Positions 39,619 to 49,268 of a DNA stretch of 64,000 nt are shown one piece after another. The notes under the pieces are model-generated. The model saw only the letters and a program-made list of their open reading frames with translations. It was not told the DNA's origin and searched no databases. This DNA is from Patescibacteria group bacterium (GTDB lineage: Bacteria > Patescibacteriota > Gracilibacteria > UBA4473), in assembly GCA_965660445.1 (NCBI GenBank), contig CBFIAK010000002.1:64001-128000 (forward strand). Reading direction: 5' to 3'. Every line of letters starts with the position of its first letter. The stretch's first letter is position 1. Both the position numbers and the translations under genes were made by a program.

Positions 39619-41607
39619 ATGCCTCAAGCACTTGTTATTGGAAACGGAAATATGGTGGTCAATTTTGATGAGTTTTTGCAAATGCAGGATTTTTATTATC
39701 CGTATGTTGGGCAAGAAAACCATACGGCGTTTCAAAATCCACATCGTGTGGGAGTGTGGGCATCAGATCGGTTTTCTTGGTTGGGGGATCGGTCATGGAA
39801 TATTGATATTCAGTATCATCATGATACACTTGTGGGTAAGTCTGTTGCTACCCATACGAACCTTTCGGTGGCATTATTATTTGAAGATTTTGTATACACA
39901 ACACATGATGTTGTGTTTCGAAAAGTAACGGTTACCAATACTGCCGATTTCGCACGAGAAATAAGATTATTTTTTGCGTATGATTTTTATTTGTATGGAG
40001 ACAAAATGCAAGATACGGCAGAATATGAACCAGAACTCAATGCAGTGATGCATTATCGAAAGAAGCGGTATTTGCTTGCCAATGGTCAATGGCAACAATC
40101 CAAAAAAGGTCTTGATCAGTATTCGGTTGGAAAATCAGCTTATTATGGCAAAGAAGGAACATGGAAAGATTGCGAAGACGGACATTTACAAGGGAATGCT
40201 ATAGAGCAAGGTTCTGTTGATTCAGCGATTCGATTCTCAGAATATTTTCAGCCAGGAGAGTCAAAGGTATTGTATGTATGGGTTGCTGCTGGGAGAGATT
40301 ATGAAGAAGTCACAAAAAATAATAAACGAGTTTTTGATTTAGGTCCTTCAAAAATATACGATCATACATTTTATTATTGGAGAGAATGGGTGAATAAAGA
40401 ACAGTTTGTATTGCATGGAATTCCTCCTCATATTAAATCTTTATTTTCCCAGAGTTTGTTATTGATTCGTTCGCAAATTGATAATCGCGGAGCGATTATT
40501 GCTTCGTCAGATTCTGATATTATGAAGTTTAATAAAGATAATTATAACTATATCTGGCCTCGAGATGGTGCGTTTGTGTCACAAGCTTTATCACATGCTA
40601 ATTGTACAGAAGTCGTTCGTAACTTCTTTTTCTTTTGTGAAAACATTATTACTGATGAAGGTTACGTGTATAGCAAATATACGCCTGATGGTTCACTTGG
40701 AACATCATGGCATCCAAAAGTAAAAGATGGAAAAGTACAGTTACCAATACAAGAAGATGAGGCAGCATTATTGTTGGTTGCATTAGATACGTATTATAAA
40801 AACACAAGAGCGGTTGAAACGATTCAAAAATTATTCAATCCTTTAGTATTAAAAGTTGGTCATTTTTTGCAGAGTTTTATTGATGAAAAAACAAACCTTC
40901 CTTGTGCCAGTTATGATTTATGGGAAGAACAAAGAGGCGTTTTTTCCTATACAACAGCGTGTGTTTATGGAGGACTTATGGCTGCTACTCGATTGGCGCG
41001 TTACACAGGACATTATGAACACGCTCATCAGTTTGAACACTCCGCACAGGCATTAGAAGAAGCGTTTCAGAAACATCTTTATTCCTATGAAGACCATCGG
41101 TTTTATAAAAAACTTGTGTTTGATGATAATGGAAATATTCTTCAAGAAGATAACACGATTGATGCCAGTATTTGTATGGTATGGGAGATGGGATTATTGC
41201 CCGCGACAGATCCCCGAGTGATATCAACAATGAAAGCTATTGAAACAAAATTATGGGTTCATTCATCAGGTGGAATTGCTCGTTATACGGGAGATATGTA
41301 TCATCGGAATCATTCTTTTCATTATGGAGAAGATATCCCTGGTAATCCATGGCTTATTACCACTCTATGGCTTGCAAACTGGAAAATTGCATGTGCTTCT
41401 TCTTTGCAAGACCTTGATCAAGCAATGGAACTTATCCAATGGGTATCGGATCAGCAAAATGCGGCAGGAATCTTACCAGAACAGATTGATCCATTTACAA
41501 AAGAACCTTTGTCAGTAGCTCCTTTAACATGGAGTCATTCAACGTTAGTGGATACCATACTTCGGTTTTCGGAAAAATATAGATTATTGAAATATTTGAA
41601 ATCATAA
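39619..41607 (+). CDS. GH15 glucoamylase-like glycoside hydrolase
   Basis: GAIIAS, YIWPRDG, IQEDE, YDLWEE, LPEQ, PLTWSH. Confidence 0.92.
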   Translation: MPQALVIGNGNMVVNFDEFLQMQDFYYPYVGQENHTAFQNPHRVGVWASDRFSWLGDRSWNIDIQYHHDTLVGKSVATHTNLSVALLFEDFVYTTHDVVFRKVTVTNTADFAREIRLFFAYDFYLYGDKMQDTAEYEPELNAVMHYRKKRYLLANGQWQQSKKGLDQYSVGKSAYYGKEGTWKDCEDGHLQGNAIEQGSVDSAIRFSEYFQPGESKVLYVWVAAGRDYEEVTKNNKRVFDLGPSKIYDHTFYYWREWVNKEQFVLHGIPPHIKSLFSQSLLLIRSQIDNRGAIIASSDSDIMKFNKDNYNYIWPRDGAFVSQALSHANCTEVVRNFFFFCENIITDEGYVYSKYTPDGSLGTSWHPKVKDGKVQLPIQEDEAALLLVALDTYYKNTRAVETIQKLFNPLVLKVGHFLQSFIDEKTNLPCASYDLWEEQRGVFSYTTACVYGGLMAATRLARYTGHYEHAHQFEHSAQALEEAFQKHLYSYEDHRFYKKLVFDDNGNILQEDNTIDASICMVWEMGLLPATDPRVISTMKAIETKLWVHSSGGIARYTGDMYHRNHSFHYGEDIPGNPWLITTLWLANWKIACASSLQDLDQAMELIQWVSDQQNAAGILPEQIDPFTKEPLSVAPLTWSHSTLVDTILRFSEKYRLLKYLKS

Positions 41608-41611
41608 TCTT

Positions 41612-42511
41612 ATGAGTGATTATAGCACATATGTAGGAATTGATATTGGAGGCACAAAGATTCATGCTGCTCGGTATACTGATAAGGGGTACTTAGTATC
41701 TGATTTTCGAATTGAAACAAAAGGTTCATTTGGAAAAGGCGATGTTATGACTCGTATTCATCATGCATTAAATCGTGTGTGTGATGAAAGTGTAGCATCA
41801 ATCGGTGTTTCTTGGGCAGGATTTGTAGACGGTGATCGTGGTATTGTGACTCATTCGCCTCATATCGAGGGATTAGAAGGGTTTCCTTTGGTATCGAATA
41901 TTCAACAAGCATTTCACTTACCCGTCGTTTTAGAGAATGATGCACGATTGTTTACGTTTGCTCATGTCTCTCAACTCAAGAATAAAAAGAGCACGATTGT
42001 TGGAATTCCTATCGGCACGGGGGTTGGTGTAGGGGTATGGGATGGTGATCGGTTTTTAAAAGGGAGCCAATCTTTTGCAGGAGAATTAGGACATATGGTG
42101 CTTAATGAATCTGGACATACATTAGAAGACTTTCTTTCAGGACAATCTTTATCACAGCGTTTTTTTGATGCTTTTGGAGAAGGAAGTTTGCCAATTATTA
42201 CGTCTTGGTTGCCAGAACAATATACGGAAATGAGACGTGTATTAAAACCTGTATTTAAAGCTTTTGCACAGAGTCTATACACAATATGTTTAGCGTATAA
42301 CCCCGAAAAAATTATTATTGGGGGCAGTGTTGGTATTCACCTTTTGTCTCATTTCGAAGAAGATATTCGTTTGTTTTGTTCGGAATACGAAAAAAATATT
42401 CCTGTTCATATTTTAGGAGGTCTTCTGTTTTCTGATATCAAGCATCCATCAACATTCGGAGCTGCTTTGTGGGGACAGTGTTCTAGTGATGAGGACTTTT
42501 GCGTCCGGTGA
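41612..42511 (+). CDS. ROK family sugar kinase (glucokinase-like)
   Basis: GIDIGGTKI, LENDA, IGTGVG, AGELGH. Confidence 0.88.
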   Translation: MSDYSTYVGIDIGGTKIHAARYTDKGYLVSDFRIETKGSFGKGDVMTRIHHALNRVCDESVASIGVSWAGFVDGDRGIVTHSPHIEGLEGFPLVSNIQQAFHLPVVLENDARLFTFAHVSQLKNKKSTIVGIPIGTGVGVGVWDGDRFLKGSQSFAGELGHMVLNESGHTLEDFLSGQSLSQRFFDAFGEGSLPIITSWLPEQYTEMRRVLKPVFKAFAQSLYTICLAYNPEKIIIGGSVGIHLLSHFEEDIRLFCSEYEKNIPVHILGGLLFSDIKHPSTFGAALWGQCSSDEDFCVR

Positions 42512-42920
42512 TATTCATAGCAACTGATTGAGCACTCAATCCTTTGTAGTTTTTCTTTGTTCCGTATTCTTTATCTTTTTCTGTTTTAAGAGTATTGAGT
42601 TCTTTAAGCAGACCTCTTGATTTTTGAACAACAGATTCTACCTTATCTCGTATAGCTGCAACATGTGACTGCAGATGATTATTGTTTTGATGAATGTTTT
42701 TTATTTTATACAGACGTCTACTGATTTCGTTTTTACGTTCGTTTACTTGTGCGATATATTCTTGTGTTTCAAATAATAACCGCTCTTGTTCTATTTTATC
42801 GCTCATTGTTTCATTTGGAAACATCTCAAATTCTTTTATTTTTTCTCGGGCTATAAGAACCTCGTCTTTTAAAAACAAGAGTTCTTCTTCTATACGTTCT
42901 CGTCGTTCAATAAAATCCAT
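42483..42920 (-). CDS. hypothetical coiled-coil protein
   Basis: Charged heptad-rich 145-aa ORF. Confidence 0.55.
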   Translation of the reverse strand: MDFIERRERIEEELLFLKDEVLIAREKIKEFEMFPNETMSDKIEQERLLFETQEYIAQVNERKNEISRRLYKIKNIHQNNNHLQSHVAAIRDKVESVVQKSRGLLKELNTLKTEKDKEYGTKKNYKGLSAQSVAMNITGRKSPHH

Positions 42921-42966
42921 GAATATTTTTTATAGATTTTATTTATAAATATATTTCTTTATAAAG

Positions 42967-43770
42967 TCAATATTCTTTTGGTGGGGTGTTTGATGCTTCA
43001 AAAAGATATTGATATTGGCGAAGAGCGGTCATATTGTTTTTCTGTTGATGGCTTTGGCATAAAAGTTCTATTTTTTTAAGACTTTGTTCATCTGATAGTT
43101 GAATCCGTTTTGTATAATTTTCAGATGTTTTTATTCGTGTTTCAAATACTTCTTTTCCAATAATTATACCTTTTGCTCCAAGACTACTTGCTAAATCAAC
43201 ACTTATGGGATCGAACTGACTCATCCATACACTCACGTGGGGTTCGAATTTCTGAACCTGACTCTGAATATCACTTAAGTATTCAAGACGCACATTTTGT
43301 TTTTGAGCTTCTTTTATCAATTCCTTACGAGACATTTTTTGTATTGTGCTCTGTGTTGTTTTGAGTCCTGAAAAAAAAGAAATCATGCTTTGGGGAGAAT
43401 CCCATTTTACAGACCGAAACGAATGGATATTGTGTTCTTTGAGTCTTATCATTTGCCAAAATCCACTTACTTCACCCCATAAAGAGAGATGTGTGTCGAT
43501 ATGTATGGGGTATCGGTCAATATCAATTGCGGAAACGGGTATATGGCTTAAGAGTTGTGCCTCTGATGTATGGTCTTTTTGGATACTCACCAGCAGAGGA
43601 AGTGATGTTTCTTTTTGAATGTTTTCAATTGTTTTGAGTGGAAGAAACTCTTGTTTTCGAGCATATAATGAAAAAAAGAGTCCTTCACATCCCGCTTCCT
43701 CTGCGATTTGTGCTTGATGGGCATTTTCAACCTCAACGATAAGTGGAACGAATGGAGTGTCTATACTCAT
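42967..43770 (-). CDS. degenerate PdxS (PLP synthase)-like TIM-barrel protein
   Basis: IVEVENAHQAQIAEEAG, HTSEAQLL, SLGAKGIIIG align with PdxS segments, but the catalytic residues are substituted. Confidence 0.65.
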   Translation of the reverse strand: MSIDTPFVPLIVEVENAHQAQIAEEAGCEGLFFSLYARKQEFLPLKTIENIQKETSLPLLVSIQKDHTSEAQLLSHIPVSAIDIDRYPIHIDTHLSLWGEVSGFWQMIRLKEHNIHSFRSVKWDSPQSMISFFSGLKTTQSTIQKMSRKELIKEAQKQNVRLEYLSDIQSQVQKFEPHVSVWMSQFDPISVDLASSLGAKGIIIGKEVFETRIKTSENYTKRIQLSDEQSLKKIELLCQSHQQKNNMTALRQYQYLFEASNTPPKEY

Positions 43771-44366
43771 TATTGAGTGGTATCAGTGATTTTATCGGAA
43801 TGTCCTTTTATGGTATCGAAGGTTTTCTCAATAATGTTTTGAGATTGTTCTTCGTTTTGGATTTCTTGGTTAGTGAATGGTTGATTTTCAATCTTTGATT
43901 CAGCTCCATCTGTGGCAGATATATTGATATCAGTAGCCATGTTTTCTTCTTTAACTTCTGTTTCAATTGTTTTATCGGGGTTTTTAATGAACTCGTCAGC
44001 TCCTTCGTTTTGAAACGATTCGTTTATACGATTATTGGTATCAATTTCATTTCCTCCTGAGCTTTCGGGATCTTTTCCAAAAACAGAGCTCCATGGATCA
44101 TCAGGGCTCCCATCTTTAGGAGGAAAGGTATCGATAAATCGTTTCTCAGCAGATGTGTGGGAATCTTTTTCTTTATGGGCATTGAATCGTTCTTGTCTTT
44201 GTTGTGCGTATTCTTCAAGAGACAATTTTTGTTTTTCTTGTTTTTCTTGTGGTTTGTTTTGATATTCTTTTTCTTCTGGGTTCTGAAACGAATCAGGCAT
44301 CTTCTCCATCATATTATTTATGTGGCGATTGAAATGAGTCTTGTATTGGAATAATAAAAATTTCAT
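43770..44366 (-). CDS. hypothetical acidic low-complexity protein
   Basis: 198-aa E/Q/N-rich ORF; stop overlaps the next start. Confidence 0.55.
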   Translation of the reverse strand: MKFLLFQYKTHFNRHINNMMEKMPDSFQNPEEKEYQNKPQEKQEKQKLSLEEYAQQRQERFNAHKEKDSHTSAEKRFIDTFPPKDGSPDDPWSSVFGKDPESSGGNEIDTNNRINESFQNEGADEFIKNPDKTIETEVKEENMATDINISATDGAESKIENQPFTNQEIQNEEQSQNIIEKTFDTIKGHSDKITDTTQ

Positions 44367-44404
44367 CCCTGTATTATACCCTTTTTTTTATTTTTTTTCA
44401 ACTT

Positions 44405-46774
44405 TTAATTTCGTGCTTCAAGAATGATCTTGAGAGCTTCTGCTTTTGTGAGTGGGGTATGGGGATCAAACTGGTCTGGGGTTCTTCCTTGTATGAGACC
44501 TCTTCGAGAAGCTTCATTGATCCATGGCTTTTCCCAGCCTTGACTGTCTTCAAACTGCGCAGGAGTATTATTTTCTTCTTCACTAGGAGTATAGGAAAGA
44601 CTGGCTAGTAATATTTTTACTCCTTCTGCACGGGTGAGGGGATTGTGCGGACGGAGGGTGTTATCGGAGTATCCCTGAAGGATTTCTTTTTCAAAAAGAA
44701 GTACCATAGCCTGAAAGAGCGGATCTTCTGGATTTATATCTGTGAATGGAATATTCTCTTTTTGTGGTATTTGGTTTGGAAAAAGTACTCGTTGAAGAAT
44801 AGTGCTAAAATCGTTTCGACTCATGGGGTCGTCAATAAGGAGTTCTCCTGCTTCTGTTGGAAAAAATATGCCTTCAAAAAGAGCTTCTCTTATAAAAGGA
44901 TCGGCCCAATGGCTTAAGGGATATTCTTCGAAGAAAGCAATATCAAATGCTTTCTTTTCAGTTCGTCCATCTTTGGTTATGGAAATACATACTGATGGAA
45001 TACAAAAATCTATTTCGTCACTGACACTTAAATAAGGAGCAATGATATCGGGTTTGAATTGTAGGAGCGCATCTGTGGCTTGCGAATAAGGGGCGAGTGT
45101 TAGTTTTGGAAAATGAGAAAAAGTGTGATAGTCAAATGTTTGCCATCGATTATTTGGGTGTTTATATATTGATTTTTGTAATCGGAATGTCTGTAATGGT
45201 GATGATGTGGTTTGAGAAAAACATGATTTCTGGTTTTTGATGTGTTGTGCGAATAATGTGTAAGGGGTGATTCCGTCTGCACAAGGATATTGAAGTCCTG
45301 TTGTTTGCATGAGAATATAGAGGTCTTGTGTGTCTGATTCGCTTACGTTTTCACTTTGTATTTTTTCTTGTAAAAAAGCATGGGCCCATGTTTGATTGAT
45401 GGTATTTATGAACGATGTATTTTCTATTAGTTCATGACGTTCTACAGAAAAATAAGACTGAAACTGTGTACTTTTATTTGGTGTTATTTTTGGATATCGG
45501 TTTTCGTGGTTTTGTATATCGTATGATGTATGCCAATTATTCCATTCTGAGATCCATTGATTTTTTTCAATGGGAGCGACAGTGCTTCGATAGAGCCGAA
45601 ATGCAAACCCATTAAATTTTTGAGCAACGAGTTCGGCGTCATTGGTTTCTGATTCGCGAAAATAGAATGGAAATAGAGTTTTGTTTGTCTGATTTTGTGT
45701 TGATGATGGAGGATTTATATCGTTACTAAAAAAGAGAAAAACATGGTCTTGGGGAAGTGATTGCGTATCGAGTGAGTCAAAAATAGTGTTACTGTCCATG
45801 ACACCAACGGGTTGTGTTGTCGATAAAAGTTGAAAAAATGATTTCTTAAACGAAAACGAGTTTAATTGAAATTCTTCGTTATACCACTGGAGTGATTCGT
45901 CTGCAAAAGCGATTCGAATATTTGTTTGAGGAGAGAGTGTATCGAGCAAAAACCGAATCCATGCGATTGTTCGATCCCAACTACCATCTTTCATTGAGCC
46001 TGAGCGATCGAGTATGATGGATATATGTTGGGGGAATTCTGGTTTTTTTGCAGGCATAAATGATGTTGTATAACTATGCCATAGACCCTGAGACTGTATT
46101 GTTGCATTTGGTGTATGAGAAAATAAGAGAGAGAGGTTTTCTGAGGAAATGTAATCACTGTATACCCATTTTCCAGAATAACCTTCTGTGTGAAAATTTT
46201 CTTTTTCAGGATTGAAAAGTGGGGGAATGACGTGTTGGAGTGGCTCTTGTGTATTGATTCCGATTTCGGCAACAAACTTTTTGGATTGAATGTTATCATT
46301 CGTGAAAATATGAAGGGATTTAAAATCATTGAGAGTTTTCATCTTTTGCTGAAACCGTATTTTAATAATTTTTTCTTCTTGTGCATGAAAACGAATAGTT
46401 TCAGATTTGAGTAGTTTTGGGAATTGCGAATCAAAGAGTCTTAGTGTTGAATAATTTTTGTGTTCTTTGTAGGTATTAAAAATTTCATTTTTTCTTTCTT
46501 CTCCTTCAAGGAATGTGTGAGGGATGGCATCAAAGTCATCGAATATTTGTATATTTGATGTATCGGATGAAAACGGAAAGAAAAATGTGATATCTTGTGG
46601 TTCTTGTGTTGTGTTTTTTAGGGTTGATTGAATAGTTATAGACCCTTCTTGTGAATTTGTTTGCATCTGAATGGTATGATGTGTTCGTTCGATAGTGTTA
46701 TTATTCCATAGGCCATGAACACTGAATGGTGTTGTGATGAATAAAAGAAGGAGTATAGAGCGATACAGATTCAT
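44405..46774 (-). CDS. secreted VIT/vWA-domain protein with C-terminal SLH repeats
   Basis: Signal peptide; MIDAS ILDRSGSM; SLH motifs GYSDNTLRPHNPLTRAEG and GRTPDQFDPHTPLTKAEA. Confidence 0.8.
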   Translation of the reverse strand: MNLYRSILLLLFITTPFSVHGLWNNNTIERTHHTIQMQTNSQEGSITIQSTLKNTTQEPQDITFFFPFSSDTSNIQIFDDFDAIPHTFLEGEERKNEIFNTYKEHKNYSTLRLFDSQFPKLLKSETIRFHAQEEKIIKIRFQQKMKTLNDFKSLHIFTNDNIQSKKFVAEIGINTQEPLQHVIPPLFNPEKENFHTEGYSGKWVYSDYISSENLSLLFSHTPNATIQSQGLWHSYTTSFMPAKKPEFPQHISIILDRSGSMKDGSWDRTIAWIRFLLDTLSPQTNIRIAFADESLQWYNEEFQLNSFSFKKSFFQLLSTTQPVGVMDSNTIFDSLDTQSLPQDHVFLFFSNDINPPSSTQNQTNKTLFPFYFRESETNDAELVAQKFNGFAFRLYRSTVAPIEKNQWISEWNNWHTSYDIQNHENRYPKITPNKSTQFQSYFSVERHELIENTSFINTINQTWAHAFLQEKIQSENVSESDTQDLYILMQTTGLQYPCADGITPYTLFAQHIKNQKSCFSQTTSSPLQTFRLQKSIYKHPNNRWQTFDYHTFSHFPKLTLAPYSQATDALLQFKPDIIAPYLSVSDEIDFCIPSVCISITKDGRTEKKAFDIAFFEEYPLSHWADPFIREALFEGIFFPTEAGELLIDDPMSRNDFSTILQRVLFPNQIPQKENIPFTDINPEDPLFQAMVLLFEKEILQGYSDNTLRPHNPLTRAEGVKILLASLSYTPSEEENNTPAQFEDSQGWEKPWINEASRRGLIQGRTPDQFDPHTPLTKAEALKIILEARN

Positions 46775-46786
46775 TTTTAGAGGGTA

Positions 46787-47410
46787 TTAGAAAGGATATC
46801 GGACAAATAGGGCTACTTTTTTTGCAAACTGAGTAAGGCTCGGCACTACTTTCTCATTGAGCCAATGTTGTGTATAGGCATTAAATCTACTCGAAAGGGC
46901 ATTGTGTTTTTGTCGATGGAGAGACCGTTCTTTTCGAGCATAGTTTTGATCAATACTAAACATGACTTTTTGTTTTCCTACCTCAAAGAGTTCACTTGTT
47001 TTTTGTTGGCACCATCTTTTGGCTGCATCAGTATTACTCAGACTTATATTTTGTGGGTTGCATTGTTGAAAAACAGAAAAACAAATTTCCTGTAAGCACG
47101 TATTATGTGACCTGAGAGCGTGTATGGTTATTGGAACAAGTGATTGTGGGTGTGATTGATTGTCTTGAAAGACCTGATCAATCGTGTGATCATGAAAAAA
47201 ATCAACTTCTTTTCTCATTAAATTCGATGCAACAAGTTCAGTGTTTCGATTATTACTGCATTCTTTTATAAATTCCTCTTGAATACTATTTGTGTTCTGT
47301 GTGTATTGGCAAAGTGTGTTTGCGCTTGTATCTTTGGTTGGTAATATATTTATTGTAATTAAAAAAGCACAGGTGTATACAAGATTGTATTTATTTTTTT
47401 TTGTCTTCAT
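46787..47410 (-). CDS. hypothetical secreted Cys-containing protein
   Basis: Signal-like N-terminus, several Cys. Confidence 0.55.
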   Translation of the reverse strand: MKTKKNKYNLVYTCAFLITINILPTKDTSANTLCQYTQNTNSIQEEFIKECSNNRNTELVASNLMRKEVDFFHDHTIDQVFQDNQSHPQSLVPITIHALRSHNTCLQEICFSVFQQCNPQNISLSNTDAAKRWCQQKTSELFEVGKQKVMFSIDQNYARKERSLHRQKHNALSSRFNAYTQHWLNEKVVPSLTQFAKKVALFVRYPF

Positions 47411-47591
47411 TATTCTTATATTAAAGGATATTTTTGTTGTTGCAAGTGTATACTTTTCTTGAATTTGTATAAAAAAATGAATCGATTGTTTTTGCAATGT
47501 GAAAACGAGTAAAAAATTTGCACATATACAAAAAATTTGTTTACAATGTGCTTGTCTGAACTTCGAGTTATTCTTTAAAACCCTTCTGGTT

Positions 47592-48863
47592 ATGTATAGT
47601 AAATTTTTATTTCTCTCGATTTCCTCCTTTTTGGTTTTTGTGCCAAGTGCTTTTTCTCAGGAGGTTGTTCGTCCTGATATTGGAGCTGAAGATCTTTACT
47701 ATTATAATCATGTGAAATTTGACGAAGTGGTGTCTCCTGAAGATACAACTGTGCTCAGTGGAGAGTCTCTTGTGACTCTTGAAGGGAGCGGTTCTGTGAC
47801 TGTTATTAATAAGAAGATAGATAGTACGGGGAGTTTAAGAGTGACTGTTTTTGGTGGTACGGAAATTCGTAATTATCGTGAGAGAGTTCAAGATTCTGTA
47901 AATTATTCATGGTGGGACGGTTTATTAACTGCTCCGGTTGTTGTTCAGCAACCACAGCTCAGTGATATTCAATTTACAGGTGTGGCGGCTTCTTTGGATT
48001 CTCGAAAATTAGTTTATGCAGCTTATGGTATGGGAAAATCAAATGAAGAATATCGTTTTTCTCAGCCGGCTATGTTTGTTTTTCCAGTTGTAAAACCAGA
48101 AGGAACGAAAATATGGATTGCTCAGCGTGGAGTAGGGGAATCTCAATGGAATGTAGGAGAGAATGATTATTGTTTTATTGAAGATGGTATGTGTATTGTG
48201 GCTTTATCAAATGTGTCAGAGCTTGCCTTAATTGAACAGCTTTATTCTCGGTGTCCTCAAACGCATGTAGGCGTTGTTCAAAATGGTGAATTTGTGGGAC
48301 CTCCGACTTGTGCTATACAGTGTTATAATGGATATTCTTTTGATGCAACGCTTGAATCTTGTGTTCGTGCTTCTAGGACAAGTGGTTCTTCTTATGAAGT
48401 TCGTCCAGGAACGTTTCGATTTGTTGATGCTCGAGGGCAACTTGACCGTCATTTTGATTTAGATCTTGCTGCAACAGGAGATAAAGAACATGATGATCGT
48501 TTGCGTATTCAAAATGCATCATCCCAAAAAACAGTTCGAGAACAAATGGAGCGTGATACTGATCGAGAGGATAGTTTTCGTGCGGAAATGAATGGTTCTG
48601 ATGATGGGAGTGATAATGATGGGTTTATGAATTATTTATTACAGATTCGAAATTCGTTTGAGCCCAATAATAATGTTTTTTCAGCTACAACATCTATTGA
48701 AGGAAATAATGAGAATGAAAATATTGATGGTGCTGCAACAAATGGAGATGATGCATATCATGCATCAGCACCGTTACTGCCGAGTACTGGGGCAGGTGTG
48801 TTTTTAACATTGATTATTCTTGGTATGGTGATTATGGTTTTTGCCCGAAGGCGGCATATGTAA
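47592..48863 (+). CDS. surface protein with LPxTG-type sorting signal
   Basis: Signal peptide, Cys-rich module, C-terminal LPSTG + TM + RRRH. Confidence 0.75.
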   Translation: MYSKFLFLSISSFLVFVPSAFSQEVVRPDIGAEDLYYYNHVKFDEVVSPEDTTVLSGESLVTLEGSGSVTVINKKIDSTGSLRVTVFGGTEIRNYRERVQDSVNYSWWDGLLTAPVVVQQPQLSDIQFTGVAASLDSRKLVYAAYGMGKSNEEYRFSQPAMFVFPVVKPEGTKIWIAQRGVGESQWNVGENDYCFIEDGMCIVALSNVSELALIEQLYSRCPQTHVGVVQNGEFVGPPTCAIQCYNGYSFDATLESCVRASRTSGSSYEVRPGTFRFVDARGQLDRHFDLDLAATGDKEHDDRLRIQNASSQKTVREQMERDTDREDSFRAEMNGSDDGSDNDGFMNYLLQIRNSFEPNNNVFSATTSIEGNNENENIDGAATNGDDAYHASAPLLPSTGAGVFLTLIILGMVIMVFARRRHM

Positions 48864-48895
48864 TTTTCTGACTTATTCCAGAGGGTTAAAAATTA

Positions 48896-48944
48896 AATCC
48901 GAGAGGAGGATCGGCTTAAACCGCCTTTCTCTCGGGTTTTTTTT
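48896..48944 (+). terminator. intrinsic terminator
   Basis: ATCCGAGAGG...TTTCTCGGGT stem followed by a T tract. Confidence 0.65.
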
Positions 48945-49268
48945 ATGCACATTCCTCGTTGTTTTTTTTAGAATGCTTTTGTTTTCTTTTTTTTTTGAGT
49001 AATTAAATTGTTCATCGTGTATACAATTTGTATTACTCTTACTTCATAAGAAAAATATTTTCTTAGCAATACAATTCGCTTTGTTTTTCTTTTTTTCTTT
49101 TTTTTAGTGATTTACAATAAAGAGTGAAATAAAGAGAAACCCTCCTCTTTTCTTTCACCCCCTGTTATTTTCTTCTTTTCTTATATCTGTCTATAATTTT
49201 TTTTATGCAGTATGGGAAAAAAATGAAATATCCTCTTGTTTTTTGTCATCACGAGGGAAAAAAATCTT

